64,000 nt of DNA from Patescibacteria group bacterium (GTDB lineage Bacteria > Patescibacteriota > Patescibacteriia > Buchananbacterales > SURF-54). The stretch spans positions 18,357-82,356 of the forward strand of contig JAHIRB010000007.1 in assembly GCA_018818885.1 (NCBI GenBank), in the 5' to 3' direction. The notes under the pieces are model-generated. The model searched no databases and was not told the DNA's origin. It saw only the letters and a program-made list of their open reading frames with translations. Position 1 is the first letter of the stretch; each line of letters opens with the position of its first letter. Shown one piece after another: positions 27,016 to 36,362 of this stretch. The position numbers and the translations under genes are program-made.

Positions 27016-28072
27016 CTTTTACTATTTGAATGATTTGATTTGCTAAATTATTTTCTTGATCTACAATGTTTAATTTTTCAATATTTCTAGAAAGATTTTC
27101 TAGTTGTGATTTGTCTACAATAATATTAGAAATGAATTCACTAAAATCTTCTGGGGTTAAATCGTTTTGTTTTAGATATATTGCAGCGTTATTTTTTGAA
27201 AATTCCAAAGCATTATCTTCTTGATGGCTATTAGGAATTGGTATTAAGGCAACCGCTTTTTTTAATGCAGCGCATTCTGTTAAAACTGACATGCTGGCAC
27301 GGCACACCACTAAATCTGCTGCGGCTAAGACATCTTTAAACTCGTCAGTTAAAAATTCCAACTGCAGATAATTATTAAAAAATATCTTTTCGCCTTTTCC
27401 CTTGCCAGTGATGTGTATTACTTGGGCATTTTTTGCAATTTGTTCTACAGATTCAAATACTAGATCGTTAATTGCTTTAGACCCTGTACCTCCACCTAAA
27501 ATTAAAATGATTGCTATATCGCTTTGTAATTTGAATTGTGCTATGGCTTTTTCTTTTGAGCCTTCATAAATTTCACTTCTAGCAGGATTTCCTGTTTGAA
27601 CTACTTTGGATGGGTTAAAATTATTTTTTGAATTTTCAAACGTAACCGTAATTTTTTTAGCAAAAGAAGAAATTATTTTATTTGCCAAACTCGGTCTAAC
27701 ATCTTGTTGATGAATTAGTACTGAAATTTTAAAAAATTTGCCTGCCCAAGAAAGCGGTACTGCTACATACGCAGCAGAAGATACAATTATATCTGGTTTA
27801 AACTTTTTGATAATAATTAAAGATTGGATAAACCCAATCAAAATTCTTGCAGGATCTAAAAAATTTTGCCAAGAAAAATAACGCCGCAGCTTGCCACTTT
27901 GGATTGCTTTAAACTCCAAACCATAACTTTTAATAAATTGTATTTCGGGGCCACTCTTTGTTCCTACCCATAAAAAATCCGCGCTAGGATAATCCCTTTT
28001 TATGGTTTGATAAACTGCAATCAAAGGGCTAACAGAACCAAAAGTTCCACCCCCAGATAATAATATCTTCAT
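27005..28072 (-). CDS. murG: undecaprenyldiphospho-muramoylpentapeptide beta-N-acetylglucosaminyltransferase
   Basis: LSGGGTFGSVSPLIAV N-terminus, GT28 fold. Confidence 0.9.
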   Translation of the reverse strand: MKILLSGGGTFGSVSPLIAVYQTIKRDYPSADFLWVGTKSGPEIQFIKSYGLEFKAIQSGKLRRYFSWQNFLDPARILIGFIQSLIIIKKFKPDIIVSSAAYVAVPLSWAGKFFKISVLIHQQDVRPSLANKIISSFAKKITVTFENSKNNFNPSKVVQTGNPARSEIYEGSKEKAIAQFKLQSDIAIILILGGGTGSKAINDLVFESVEQIAKNAQVIHITGKGKGEKIFFNNYLQLEFLTDEFKDVLAAADLVVCRASMSVLTECAALKKAVALIPIPNSHQEDNALEFSKNNAAIYLKQNDLTPEDFSEFISNIIVDKSQLENLSRNIEKLNIVDQENNLANQIIQIVKDAT

Positions 28073-28222
28073 ACCCGGTAGTAGAATTTCAAACGGTTAT
28101 TTTATTTAAATATATATATTATTGTATTGATTATTAAATAATTGTTAATCTTTTGAACAACTCGACATAAAACGCTCAAAATATTATCAAAATTATTTGA
28201 AATTTCACTACCGGGTCATATC
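28070..28222 (-). mobile_element. MITE-like element copy E1 (short-TIR subtype), ATG-bounded, fills gap between orf132 stop and murG start codon
   Basis: termini catacccggtagtagaatttcaaa / tttgaaatttcactaccgggtcat are inverted repeats; element ends with murG ATG. Confidence 0.55.
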
Positions 28223-28619
28223 AAAATCCAAATTTCATACCATCTTCAATTTGGTGTCCATATTCATCCATTAAAATTATATTTTCCACCCTTCCTTCAA
28301 GATAAGATTGGCACTGATTTTCTGCTTCTGAATCAACATCTTCTAATGGATTGTGCACAATATCAATTGCCCAGTTTGGCACAATTTCTTCTGCTAAACA
28401 TGGTCTTTTTTCTAGATCAAAACCGCTGATTAACTTTTCATCTAACATCTTTCTTCCTTCTCTGATTGCGTTTGCTTTATTACTTTTAAAGTCATCCAAT
28501 TTTTCTTCACTACTTGCTATAATCTTATCCATGCTTTCTCTAACAATTTTGACGTTTTTGTAATACGCCACTCCGATAACAATTGCTATTATGATTGTAA
28601 GAAGCAACAATTTTTTCAT
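28221..28619 (-). CDS. hypothetical membrane-anchored protein within dcw cluster
   Basis: 132 aa, N-terminal TM helix. Confidence 0.45.
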   Translation of the reverse strand: MKKLLLLTIIIAIVIGVAYYKNVKIVRESMDKIIASSEEKLDDFKSNKANAIREGRKMLDEKLISGFDLEKRPCLAEEIVPNWAIDIVHNPLEDVDSEAENQCQSYLEGRVENIILMDEYGHQIEDGMKFGF

Positions 28620-28628
28620 ATATTTAAA

Positions 28629-29768
28629 TTAATTATGTCTTTGCCTAGAAACATTGGCTAACAAACCTGCTGCAGCAAAAAGTGTCATAAGCGAGGTTCC
28701 CCCGTAACTAATGAATGGTAATGGTACTCCGGTTAAAGGAGCAAGGCCAATCATGGCAGCAATATTTATAAATGACTGAAAAATTATCCAAGTAATAATT
28801 CCCACCACTAAATATTTTCCAAAATTATCAGGTGCATTACTGGCAAGTTTAAAGCCTTTGATCATCAATATGATAAATAATACTATCAATAATGCTGAAA
28901 AAATAAAACCTATTTCTTCTCCTATTATAGCAAATATTGAATCTCCCGTAACTTCTGGTAAATATGAAAATTTCTGAATTGATTTTCCAAAACCTCGCCC
29001 TAACCAACCACCAGAGCCAACAGCAAGTATCGCTTGATTTAAGTGATAACCAATGCCTTCTGGATCTGTTCCTGGATGCAAAAATACTAGCAAACGATTA
29101 AAACGATATGGGGCCTGAAATATTAGTAAAGTTAATAACGCAGCTCCCATTCCGCCAAAAAATATTAAATGCAAAATTTTAGCACCTGCCACAAAAAATA
29201 TTGTTAAAGCAATAACTACTATTATTGATGCGGTGCCAACATCTGGCTGCAAAACTACTAGTCCTAAAACAACTCCAAGTAGCACAACAAAAGGAACAAA
29301 GCTAATACGAAAATGTTGCAAATCTTGCTTTGTTTTTATGCTAAACCACGCTGCTAAATATATTGTTAAAGTCAATTTTATTATTTCGGAAGGTTGCAAA
29401 GAAAATCCACCAATACTTAGCCAACTTTTTGCATAGCCATATGATGCAGCAAGTCCAGGCACAAAAAGTGCTACTAAAAGTAAAATATTTCCACCCAAAA
29501 TCAATAAACTCCATTTTTTCCAAAAGTGATAATCAACACGATACAAAATATAAAAAAGTACCAACCCAGGTAATACGCCTACAGTAATTTGATGGATCAA
29601 CAAATAATATGTGCTACTATACTTTTGATAGCTAATTACACTCGAGGCAGAAGAAAGCACAACTAGCCCAAATAAAATAATAAATCCTATTATTCCCAAA
29701 ATAAAATAATCTGGTGGTGGGTCCAACAGTGTTTTAGAAAAAATCTTATTTAATATTTTTTTCTTCAT
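28629..29768 (-). CDS. ftsW: peptidoglycan glycosyltransferase FtsW/RodA (SEDS family)
   Basis: 10-TM profile with conserved SEDS periplasmic loop. Confidence 0.85.
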   Translation of the reverse strand: MKKKILNKIFSKTLLDPPPDYFILGIIGFIILFGLVVLSSASSVISYQKYSSTYYLLIHQITVGVLPGLVLFYILYRVDYHFWKKWSLLILGGNILLLVALFVPGLAASYGYAKSWLSIGGFSLQPSEIIKLTLTIYLAAWFSIKTKQDLQHFRISFVPFVVLLGVVLGLVVLQPDVGTASIIVVIALTIFFVAGAKILHLIFFGGMGAALLTLLIFQAPYRFNRLLVFLHPGTDPEGIGYHLNQAILAVGSGGWLGRGFGKSIQKFSYLPEVTGDSIFAIIGEEIGFIFSALLIVLFIILMIKGFKLASNAPDNFGKYLVVGIITWIIFQSFINIAAMIGLAPLTGVPLPFISYGGTSLMTLFAAAGLLANVSRQRHN

Positions 29769-31168
29769 TTCAACTTCTTTACAATATTTACAAATTGATC
29801 ACCACGATCAAATTCGTTGGTGAACAAATTAAAACTTGCACAGGCAGGTGAAAGAAGTACTATATCATTTTTCTTAGCAAGACTATTGGCGATTGATACT
29901 GCCTCAACCATAGAACTAACTTCACTTATTAATGATTTGAATTTTACTTTTTTTAACCTAGGAATTATATTTTTACTACCCTCGCCTTTTAATAAAACTA
30001 ATGCGTGGCAATTTTTCTTAATTTCTTTTGCTAAATTTTCAAATTTTAACTTTTTATCAGTACCTCCAGCAATCAATACAATGTTTTTCTTCTTTGCAAT
30101 TGTTTTTAATGCTGCTATAGTTGCGTCTGGAGTTGTGGAAGCTGTGTCATTATAATACTTGATATTATTGATTTCTTTAATAAATTGTAGCCTACTTTCT
30201 ACTCCACTAAATTTTGAAAGTACTTTTTTGATTTGTAGTTTTGGCACACCTAGTAATTTTGCTACGGTAACAGCCGCTAAAACATTTTCTATGTTATGTT
30301 CTCCCAAAATCTTGACTGCAGAAACTGACGCAACTTTAGTTTCTTTTCCGTCAAGACGAAATACTATGTTTTTATTTTTTACAAAACTACCATTTTCATT
30401 TTTAAATTCTTTTTTCGAAAACCAAAATCTCCTACCGCAGACTAATTTGCCCATTGCTTTGGTGTGTTGATTGTCGCGATTCAAAACAGCTACGTCAAAA
30501 TATCTTTGGTATCTCAATATATTTTCTTTTGCTCTAATATATTCTTTAAATGATTTGTAACGATTAAGGTGGTCTGGCATAACGTTTGTTACAACAGCAA
30601 TATTGGGACAAAGTTTTTGGTCTCCAAGATTTTCTAAATGCCAAGAAGATAGTTCCAGTACTACCTCGTTTTGACCCTTGATTTGATCAATAACATTAAA
30701 CATTGGCACAGTACCAATATTTCCAGCAAGCTTTATCTTTTTAAATTTTTTCTTTAAAAGTTCGTAAATTAAAGTTGTGGTAGTTGATTTTCCTCGAGTG
30801 CCTGTTATGCCTAATATTTTTTGAGGATTATGAAGTTTAAAAAATAATGTTGCTTCGTTTTCTATTTGTACTCCAGCTTTTTGAGCAATTTTTAAAAATT
30901 TAGATTCTTTTGGCACAGCTGGATTTTGTACAATAATATCATTTTGTATAAAATCATTATATTGATGACCACCCAAATGATAAGTTATGTTGAGTGGTTT
31001 TAAACTATTTACTGAATCTATTAATTGATTTTTTGTTTTTAAGTCTGTAACAATAACCTTGGCTCCAGCTTTTACCATCCATCTTGCAACAGAAACACCG
31101 CCTCCGTGCAAACCAAGGCCCATAATTAATACATTCTTTTTTTTAAAATCAGACTTTTGTAGTTGCAT
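29765..31168 (-). CDS. murD: UDP-N-acetylmuramoylalanine--D-glutamate ligase
   Basis: N-terminal GLGLHGGG and GTRGKSTTT motifs. Confidence 0.9.
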   Translation of the reverse strand: MQLQKSDFKKKNVLIMGLGLHGGGVSVARWMVKAGAKVIVTDLKTKNQLIDSVNSLKPLNITYHLGGHQYNDFIQNDIIVQNPAVPKESKFLKIAQKAGVQIENEATLFFKLHNPQKILGITGTRGKSTTTTLIYELLKKKFKKIKLAGNIGTVPMFNVIDQIKGQNEVVLELSSWHLENLGDQKLCPNIAVVTNVMPDHLNRYKSFKEYIRAKENILRYQRYFDVAVLNRDNQHTKAMGKLVCGRRFWFSKKEFKNENGSFVKNKNIVFRLDGKETKVASVSAVKILGEHNIENVLAAVTVAKLLGVPKLQIKKVLSKFSGVESRLQFIKEINNIKYYNDTASTTPDATIAALKTIAKKKNIVLIAGGTDKKLKFENLAKEIKKNCHALVLLKGEGSKNIIPRLKKVKFKSLISEVSSMVEAVSIANSLAKKNDIVLLSPACASFNLFTNEFDRGDQFVNIVKKLK

Positions 31169-31169
31169 A

Positions 31170-31880
31170 TTATTTTATACCTATTATTGCTGCCATACTT
31201 TCAACTTGTCTTGGTTTATCTCGACGATATGAAAAGTATTTATCATTTTGACAATAAGTACACTCATCACTAATTTCGATATTATTTTTAGATACTCCTG
31301 TGCTAACTATTTGATCGTAGGCGTACGACTTTAAATCAATATAGTTAATATCGTTTTTTTTGATTTGATACTTTGCATCGATTTGCTCTAAAACATCATC
31401 CTTAACTTCAAAATGACATTTACCAATTCCTGGGCCAATGGCAACTTTAACGTTATTAATATCTGAATTAAGTTTACTTAATTCATCAAAAAAGTTTGGA
31501 ATTATTCCTTTAGTTAAACTTTTCCAGCCAGAATGCATAACTCCGCAGATTGAATTTTTTGAATCGTAAATAAAAATTGGTAGACAGTCGGCAATTGTTA
31601 CCATCAAAAAAATACCTTTTTTATTTGTAATTAAAGCATCACAATTTTTTACTACTTGATTGTTATTTTCAACAATACAGATGTTTTTCCCGTGTATTAA
31701 ATCTCCTAAAACTATTTGTTTAAAATTAATACCCAATAAGCTAGCAAATTTTTTTTGATTATTGATTACTTCAATTTTGTTATTTGTATCGATTCTTTGA
31801 TTCCCCAATTGCTTTGTAGAAAATCCACAAATTATTTCTGTTTTACTGGCAAAAATTTCAGGGATTATAATGTCTGACAT
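31170..31880 (-). CDS. pgeF: purine nucleoside phosphorylase / peptidoglycan editing factor PgeF (YfiH, DUF152)
   Basis: ADCLP, HSGWK and GPG...C motifs. Confidence 0.75.
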   Translation of the reverse strand: MSDIIIPEIFASKTEIICGFSTKQLGNQRIDTNNKIEVINNQKKFASLLGINFKQIVLGDLIHGKNICIVENNNQVVKNCDALITNKKGIFLMVTIADCLPIFIYDSKNSICGVMHSGWKSLTKGIIPNFFDELSKLNSDINNVKVAIGPGIGKCHFEVKDDVLEQIDAKYQIKKNDINYIDLKSYAYDQIVSTGVSKNNIEISDECTYCQNDKYFSYRRDKPRQVESMAAIIGIK

Positions 31881-31881
31881 T

Positions 31882-32922
31882 TTATGTTCTGTCGATTAAA
31901 AATATAATTAACCCAATTACTGCTGTAACACCAGAAACTACCCAAAGACGCATTACAATTTTTGGTTCGGGCCAACCAATTGCTTGAAGATGATGATGAA
32001 AAGGCGAAGAAAGAAATATTTTCTTTTTTCTAATTGATTTAGAAGCCCACTGTAATAAAACTGATGAAGTTTCCATCACAAAAATAAACCCGATAATAGG
32101 TAACAATAATGATGCATTAGTAAGCATAGCAATCACACCCAAAGTTACCCCTAAAGACATTGCACCAGTATCCCCCATAAAAAATCTTGCGGGGTTAATG
32201 TTGTACCATAAAAATGCTAACAGTGCTCCAATAATTACTCCGCAAAATGTTGCTAAATCAAATCTTCCTTTAGCAAAAGCAATTGACCCATATGCTGCAA
32301 AAGCTACTAAAAGTGTTCCTCCCGCTAAACCATCAAGGCCGTCGGTTAAATTGACTGAATGAGCTGTGGCTATAATGATAAAAATAAAAAATGGAATATA
32401 CCACAATCCAATATCAAAATTTCCAAAAAACGGAATATACAAGGTTGTCCAATCCAATTTAAAGTAAAACCATAAAGCACCTACTGTTGCAATGATAGCG
32501 TAAATTAAAAATCGATGTCTCATCCTAAGACCACCCCCATTATGCCCGACTTTCCAAATATCGATTAAATCATCAATCAAGCCCACAATAGCAGAAGCAA
32601 CTAACGCCCCAAGGGGAAGCAATGTTTCACTTCTAGAAAGAAAATTGAGTTGGGTAAATACTCCGTTAAATATTTGTGATAAAAAATAAAATCCTAAAGC
32701 AAAAACTAAAACTGTTACCCAAATTAAAACACCACCCATCGTAGGTGTGCCTTTTTTACTTTTGTGTAATTTAGAAAATATTGGTGCAGATTTTTCGTCT
32801 CTGATTTGCTTGCCTAATTTAAACTTATACAAAAAATGTGTAAGTAGTGGCGTCCAGAGCATTGTAACGATAAATGCTAAGGTTGTTAGAAAAAATATTT
32901 TTGTGATATAAATGTTTTCCAT
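31882..32922 (-). CDS. mraY: phospho-N-acetylmuramoyl-pentapeptide transferase
   Basis: HSVNLTDGLDGLA motif, 10 TM. Confidence 0.9.
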   Translation of the reverse strand: MENIYITKIFFLTTLAFIVTMLWTPLLTHFLYKFKLGKQIRDEKSAPIFSKLHKSKKGTPTMGGVLIWVTVLVFALGFYFLSQIFNGVFTQLNFLSRSETLLPLGALVASAIVGLIDDLIDIWKVGHNGGGLRMRHRFLIYAIIATVGALWFYFKLDWTTLYIPFFGNFDIGLWYIPFFIFIIIATAHSVNLTDGLDGLAGGTLLVAFAAYGSIAFAKGRFDLATFCGVIIGALLAFLWYNINPARFFMGDTGAMSLGVTLGVIAMLTNASLLLPIIGFIFVMETSSVLLQWASKSIRKKKIFLSSPFHHHLQAIGWPEPKIVMRLWVVSGVTAVIGLIIFLIDRT

Positions 32923-32927
32923 TTGCT

Positions 32928-33314
32928 TTAAGTTTTTATGTTGATAATTAAAATGCCTGCTAAAAACAACAAAAATTCATAAAAAATTGTTGCTAGTATA
33001 ATAAGGTTACTTAAAAGTTTAGCCTTTAAATAGAACATCTGAGCTAACAAAAAGTTCATAACTAATATTATTGTTCCAGCAACAGGTATTAATAGAATAT
33101 TGATTGCCGAGCCAAAAAAATCCACTCCAAAATAAATGTTATAGTGCAAAGCAATGTGCTCTTGTGAAACATTAAATTTAATATACAAAATTATCCACGT
33201 TGCAGTATTAAATATAATGGAAAGTAGTAAGCTTATCTGCGTTATCCGCTGTCTTAAAAAAAGGCTTTTAAAAAACCTCTTGTTTGTAGTTATGTCTGTT
33301 AATAAATTAAGCAT
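32928..33314 (-). CDS. hypothetical polytopic membrane protein
   Basis: 128 aa, 4 hydrophobic helices. Confidence 0.4.
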   Translation of the reverse strand: MLNLLTDITTNKRFFKSLFLRQRITQISLLLSIIFNTATWIILYIKFNVSQEHIALHYNIYFGVDFFGSAINILLIPVAGTIILVMNFLLAQMFYLKAKLLSNLIILATIFYEFLLFLAGILIINIKT

Positions 33315-33359
33315 AATATATTACATCTAATACATAAAATATACAAAATAAATGCAACT

Positions 33360-35144
33360 TTGTCTATAATGGCACAAATATTACTAATATGTTATAATAT
33401 ATCCACTATGTTAACACCCAAACAACTAAAAAGCATACTTGTTGAGGAAGGTGTGCTTTCAGAAAAAGAGTTAGAACTAAATTTAAAGGAGGCCGAAAAA
33501 GAAGGAGTTTCTTTAGAAGAATATCTTGAAGCAAAAAAACTTGTTTCTCAACATGATATTTATAATGCTGCAGCTAAACACTATAAAGTTGCATTTATTG
33601 AGTTAAAGAATTTGACCATCAGAAAGGACATCTTGTTATTAATTCCAGAACCTATTGCACAAACTCATAAAATTATTGCTTTTGAAAAAAATAATAATAA
33701 ACTTAAAATTGCAGCGCTAGACCCACAAGACTTGGAAATATTTGAATTTTTAAGAAAAAAAACTGGCCTAGAAGTTGAAATTCATTTAACAACACCCCAA
33801 AATCTTAATGACGTTTTAAAACAATACCACAAAGGCCTAAAGGCAGAATTTGAAAAAATAACAGAAAAGAAAGCAACAGAAACAACTGACGAGAAAACAG
33901 GTGATAAGCTAAAAGAATTAGCAGAAGACCTCCCGGTTATTCGAATAGTTGATACATTGCTTGAATACGCAATTATTGAAAACGCCTCTGATATTCATAT
34001 CGAGCCATTAGAAAAAGAAGTTAATGTCCGGTACCGAATTGACGGTATTTTAAGAAATGTGATGACTCTACCTAAATCAGTTCATGCAGGTGTTATAGCT
34101 CGTATTAAAATATTATCTCACTTAAAACTAGACGAACACCGCCTACCTCAAGATGGGAGATTTAAAGTTGTTAACCCAGAATATAAGGTTGCTTTTAGAG
34201 TTTCGATAATGCCAACTTTTGATGGCGAAAAAGCAGTTTTGAGATTGTTGAACGAAAATTCCCAAAAGCTGACTCTAGAGCAACTTGGTTTTCAAAACAA
34301 ACCGCTAGAAATTATTCAAAGAAACATTAAAAAACCTCATGGCATGATTTTAGTTACTGGCCCAACGGGATCAGGAAAAACAACTACTCTGTACACAATT
34401 CTAAACATCTTGAATAGAACAGAAGTAAACATTTGCACTATAGAAGACCCAATCGAATATAGAATGCAACATATTAACCAAAGCCAAGTCAGCCCAAAAA
34501 TTGGTTTTAATTTTGCCACCGGCTTAAGATCTTTCTTAAGGCAAGATCCAGACATTATTATGGTTGGTGAAATTCGTGATACTGAAACTGCAGAAATTGC
34601 TGTTCACGCAGCCATGACAGGCCATCTAGTACTTTCAACACTGCACACAAATGATGCCGTAACCACATTGCCTAGATTAAGTGATATGAACATACCTTCA
34701 TTTTTAGTTGCTTCTACAACCAATATAATTATAGCTCAACGTTTGGTAAGAAAAATCTGCCAAGAATGCGTAGAAAGTTACAATTTAGATAAAAATGCAA
34801 TTAAGGAATTGGAAAAACAAGTAGATTTAGAAAAAATATTTAAAAAATTGGAAAACGAAAAAGAAATACTTCCAGGAAGACAGAAAATTGATAGCTTATT
34901 ATTCTATCGAGGTAAGGGATGTAGTAGATGCAATAAGACAGGGTACAAAGGAAGGATTGGCATCTACGAAGTACTTGAGATAAATGAAGAAATCTCAACT
35001 TTAATACAAAAAAACGCCAAAACTGATAAGTTGCTTGAAGCTGTAGAAAAACAAGGCATGATTACTATTCTAGAAGATGGTTTTATCAAAGCAAAAAATG
35101 GCATTACTACGCTAGAAGAGATACTTCGGGTCACAAAAGAATAA
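33360..35144 (+). CDS. pilB: type IV pilus assembly ATPase PilB (GspE family)
   Basis: Walker A VTGPTGSGKTTTLY, Asp box, His box, C-terminal tetracysteine; ORF-track start is TTG, true start probably ATG at 33369 or 33408. Confidence 0.9.
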   Translation: MSIMAQILLICYNISTMLTPKQLKSILVEEGVLSEKELELNLKEAEKEGVSLEEYLEAKKLVSQHDIYNAAAKHYKVAFIELKNLTIRKDILLLIPEPIAQTHKIIAFEKNNNKLKIAALDPQDLEIFEFLRKKTGLEVEIHLTTPQNLNDVLKQYHKGLKAEFEKITEKKATETTDEKTGDKLKELAEDLPVIRIVDTLLEYAIIENASDIHIEPLEKEVNVRYRIDGILRNVMTLPKSVHAGVIARIKILSHLKLDEHRLPQDGRFKVVNPEYKVAFRVSIMPTFDGEKAVLRLLNENSQKLTLEQLGFQNKPLEIIQRNIKKPHGMILVTGPTGSGKTTTLYTILNILNRTEVNICTIEDPIEYRMQHINQSQVSPKIGFNFATGLRSFLRQDPDIIMVGEIRDTETAEIAVHAAMTGHLVLSTLHTNDAVTTLPRLSDMNIPSFLVASTTNIIIAQRLVRKICQECVESYNLDKNAIKELEKQVDLEKIFKKLENEKEILPGRQKIDSLLFYRGKGCSRCNKTGYKGRIGIYEVLEINEEISTLIQKNAKTDKLLEAVEKQGMITILEDGFIKAKNGITTLEEILRVTKE

Positions 35145-35161
35145 AATTACTTAAAACAAAA

Positions 35162-36244
35162 ATGCAACCTTTATTTGAAAAAATAAAAAAATTTACAATA
35201 AATCTGCAAAGAGTTCCTGTTTCTCAAAAAATATTTTTTGTTCAACAGTTGGGCATTATGATAAAAACCGGCATTTCGCTTTCTGTAGCTTTAAACACTT
35301 TAAGCCGTCAAGCCTCAAATAAAAAATTTAAAACCATACTTTTATCTTTAAAAAGTGAAGTAGAAAAAGGAAATTTACTTTCTAAAGGTTTAGAAAAATA
35401 CTCCCAGGATTTCGGTGAGCTTTTTATTAATATGATAAAAACTGGAGAAACTTCTGGTAAGTTAGAGGACGTCTTAAAACAATTATATATTCAGATGAAA
35501 AAAGATCACGAGATTGTGGGTAAGGTAAAGGGTGCCTTAATCTATCCAGCGATTGTTATTACCATGATGATAGTAATAGGAATTTTAATGATGGTTTACG
35601 TTATCCCAAATATCACATCAATTTTTGAAGAAGTAAACGCTCAAATCCCACTTTTTACTAGAATATTAATATGGTTAAGTAAATTTATTACAGCCAATGG
35701 AATTTTAGTAGCTGCTGTTTCATTAATATCGATAACAATTTTTGTTCGCCTAATAACTTGGGAAAAAGGTAAATTTCAATTTCATAGAATTTTATTAAGG
35801 ACACCGGTTGTTGGAAAAATAATAGTAAAAATAAATTTAGCAAGATTCTGCAGAACACTTAGCTCTTTATTAAAAACAGATATACCTATTGTAAAAACTT
35901 TTGGCATAACTGCAGATGTATTAAGCAATCGCTTATACCGAAAAGCGTTAAATGAGGCTAAGGAACAAATACAAAAAGGGGTTAGTATAGAAAAATCTTT
36001 AAATGTTTACCCTAAACTTTTTCCACCAGTAATTTTGCAAATGATTGCAGTGGGCGAAGACACAGGTTCTTTAGACGACGTATTACAAGAATCAGCAATT
36101 TTTTACGAAGACGAAGTATCCCAAACCATGGATAATTTACCATCTATAATGGAACCAGTTTTAATGGTTATTTTAGGTCTTGGAGTTGCTGCCATGGCAG
36201 TTGCTGTTATTATGCCAATGTACAGCTTAAGCCAAGCAATTTAA
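35162..36244 (+). CDS. pilC: type IV pilus inner-membrane platform protein PilC (GspF family)
   Basis: two T2SSF repeats, 3 TM. Confidence 0.85.
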   Translation: MQPLFEKIKKFTINLQRVPVSQKIFFVQQLGIMIKTGISLSVALNTLSRQASNKKFKTILLSLKSEVEKGNLLSKGLEKYSQDFGELFINMIKTGETSGKLEDVLKQLYIQMKKDHEIVGKVKGALIYPAIVITMMIVIGILMMVYVIPNITSIFEEVNAQIPLFTRILIWLSKFITANGILVAAVSLISITIFVRLITWEKGKFQFHRILLRTPVVGKIIVKINLARFCRTLSSLLKTDIPIVKTFGITADVLSNRLYRKALNEAKEQIQKGVSIEKSLNVYPKLFPPVILQMIAVGEDTGSLDDVLQESAIFYEDEVSQTMDNLPSIMEPVLMVILGLGVAAMAVAVIMPMYSLSQAI

Positions 36245-36245
36245 T

Positions 36246-36362
36246 ATGACCCAGTAGTGATCCCGTAAAATTTAAATTACTATTGGATTATAAAAACATA
36301 AAAAAATTTGGAATAATTAATAAATATAATAAATGCCATTTACGGGACTACTACCGGGTATG
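36246..36362 (+). mobile_element. MITE-like element copy E2 (long-TIR subtype, 118 bp), ATG-bounded, between pilC stop and pilin-like gene start
   Basis: TIRs atgacccagtagtgatcccgtaaaa / tttacgggactactaccgggtatg; AT-rich core; terminal ATG is start codon of downstream gene. Confidence 0.6.

Noticed and set aside
33360-33407. Long N-terminal extensions proposed by the ORF track (pilB at 33360 TTG, typA at 55619 TTG, orf198 at 20211 GTG, CYTH at 19577 TTG, rplI at 49278, tsaB at 1585)
   Set aside because: Alternative-codon starts create extensions lacking homology to the conserved N-termini. Downstream ATGs that align with the canonical protein starts were preferred.
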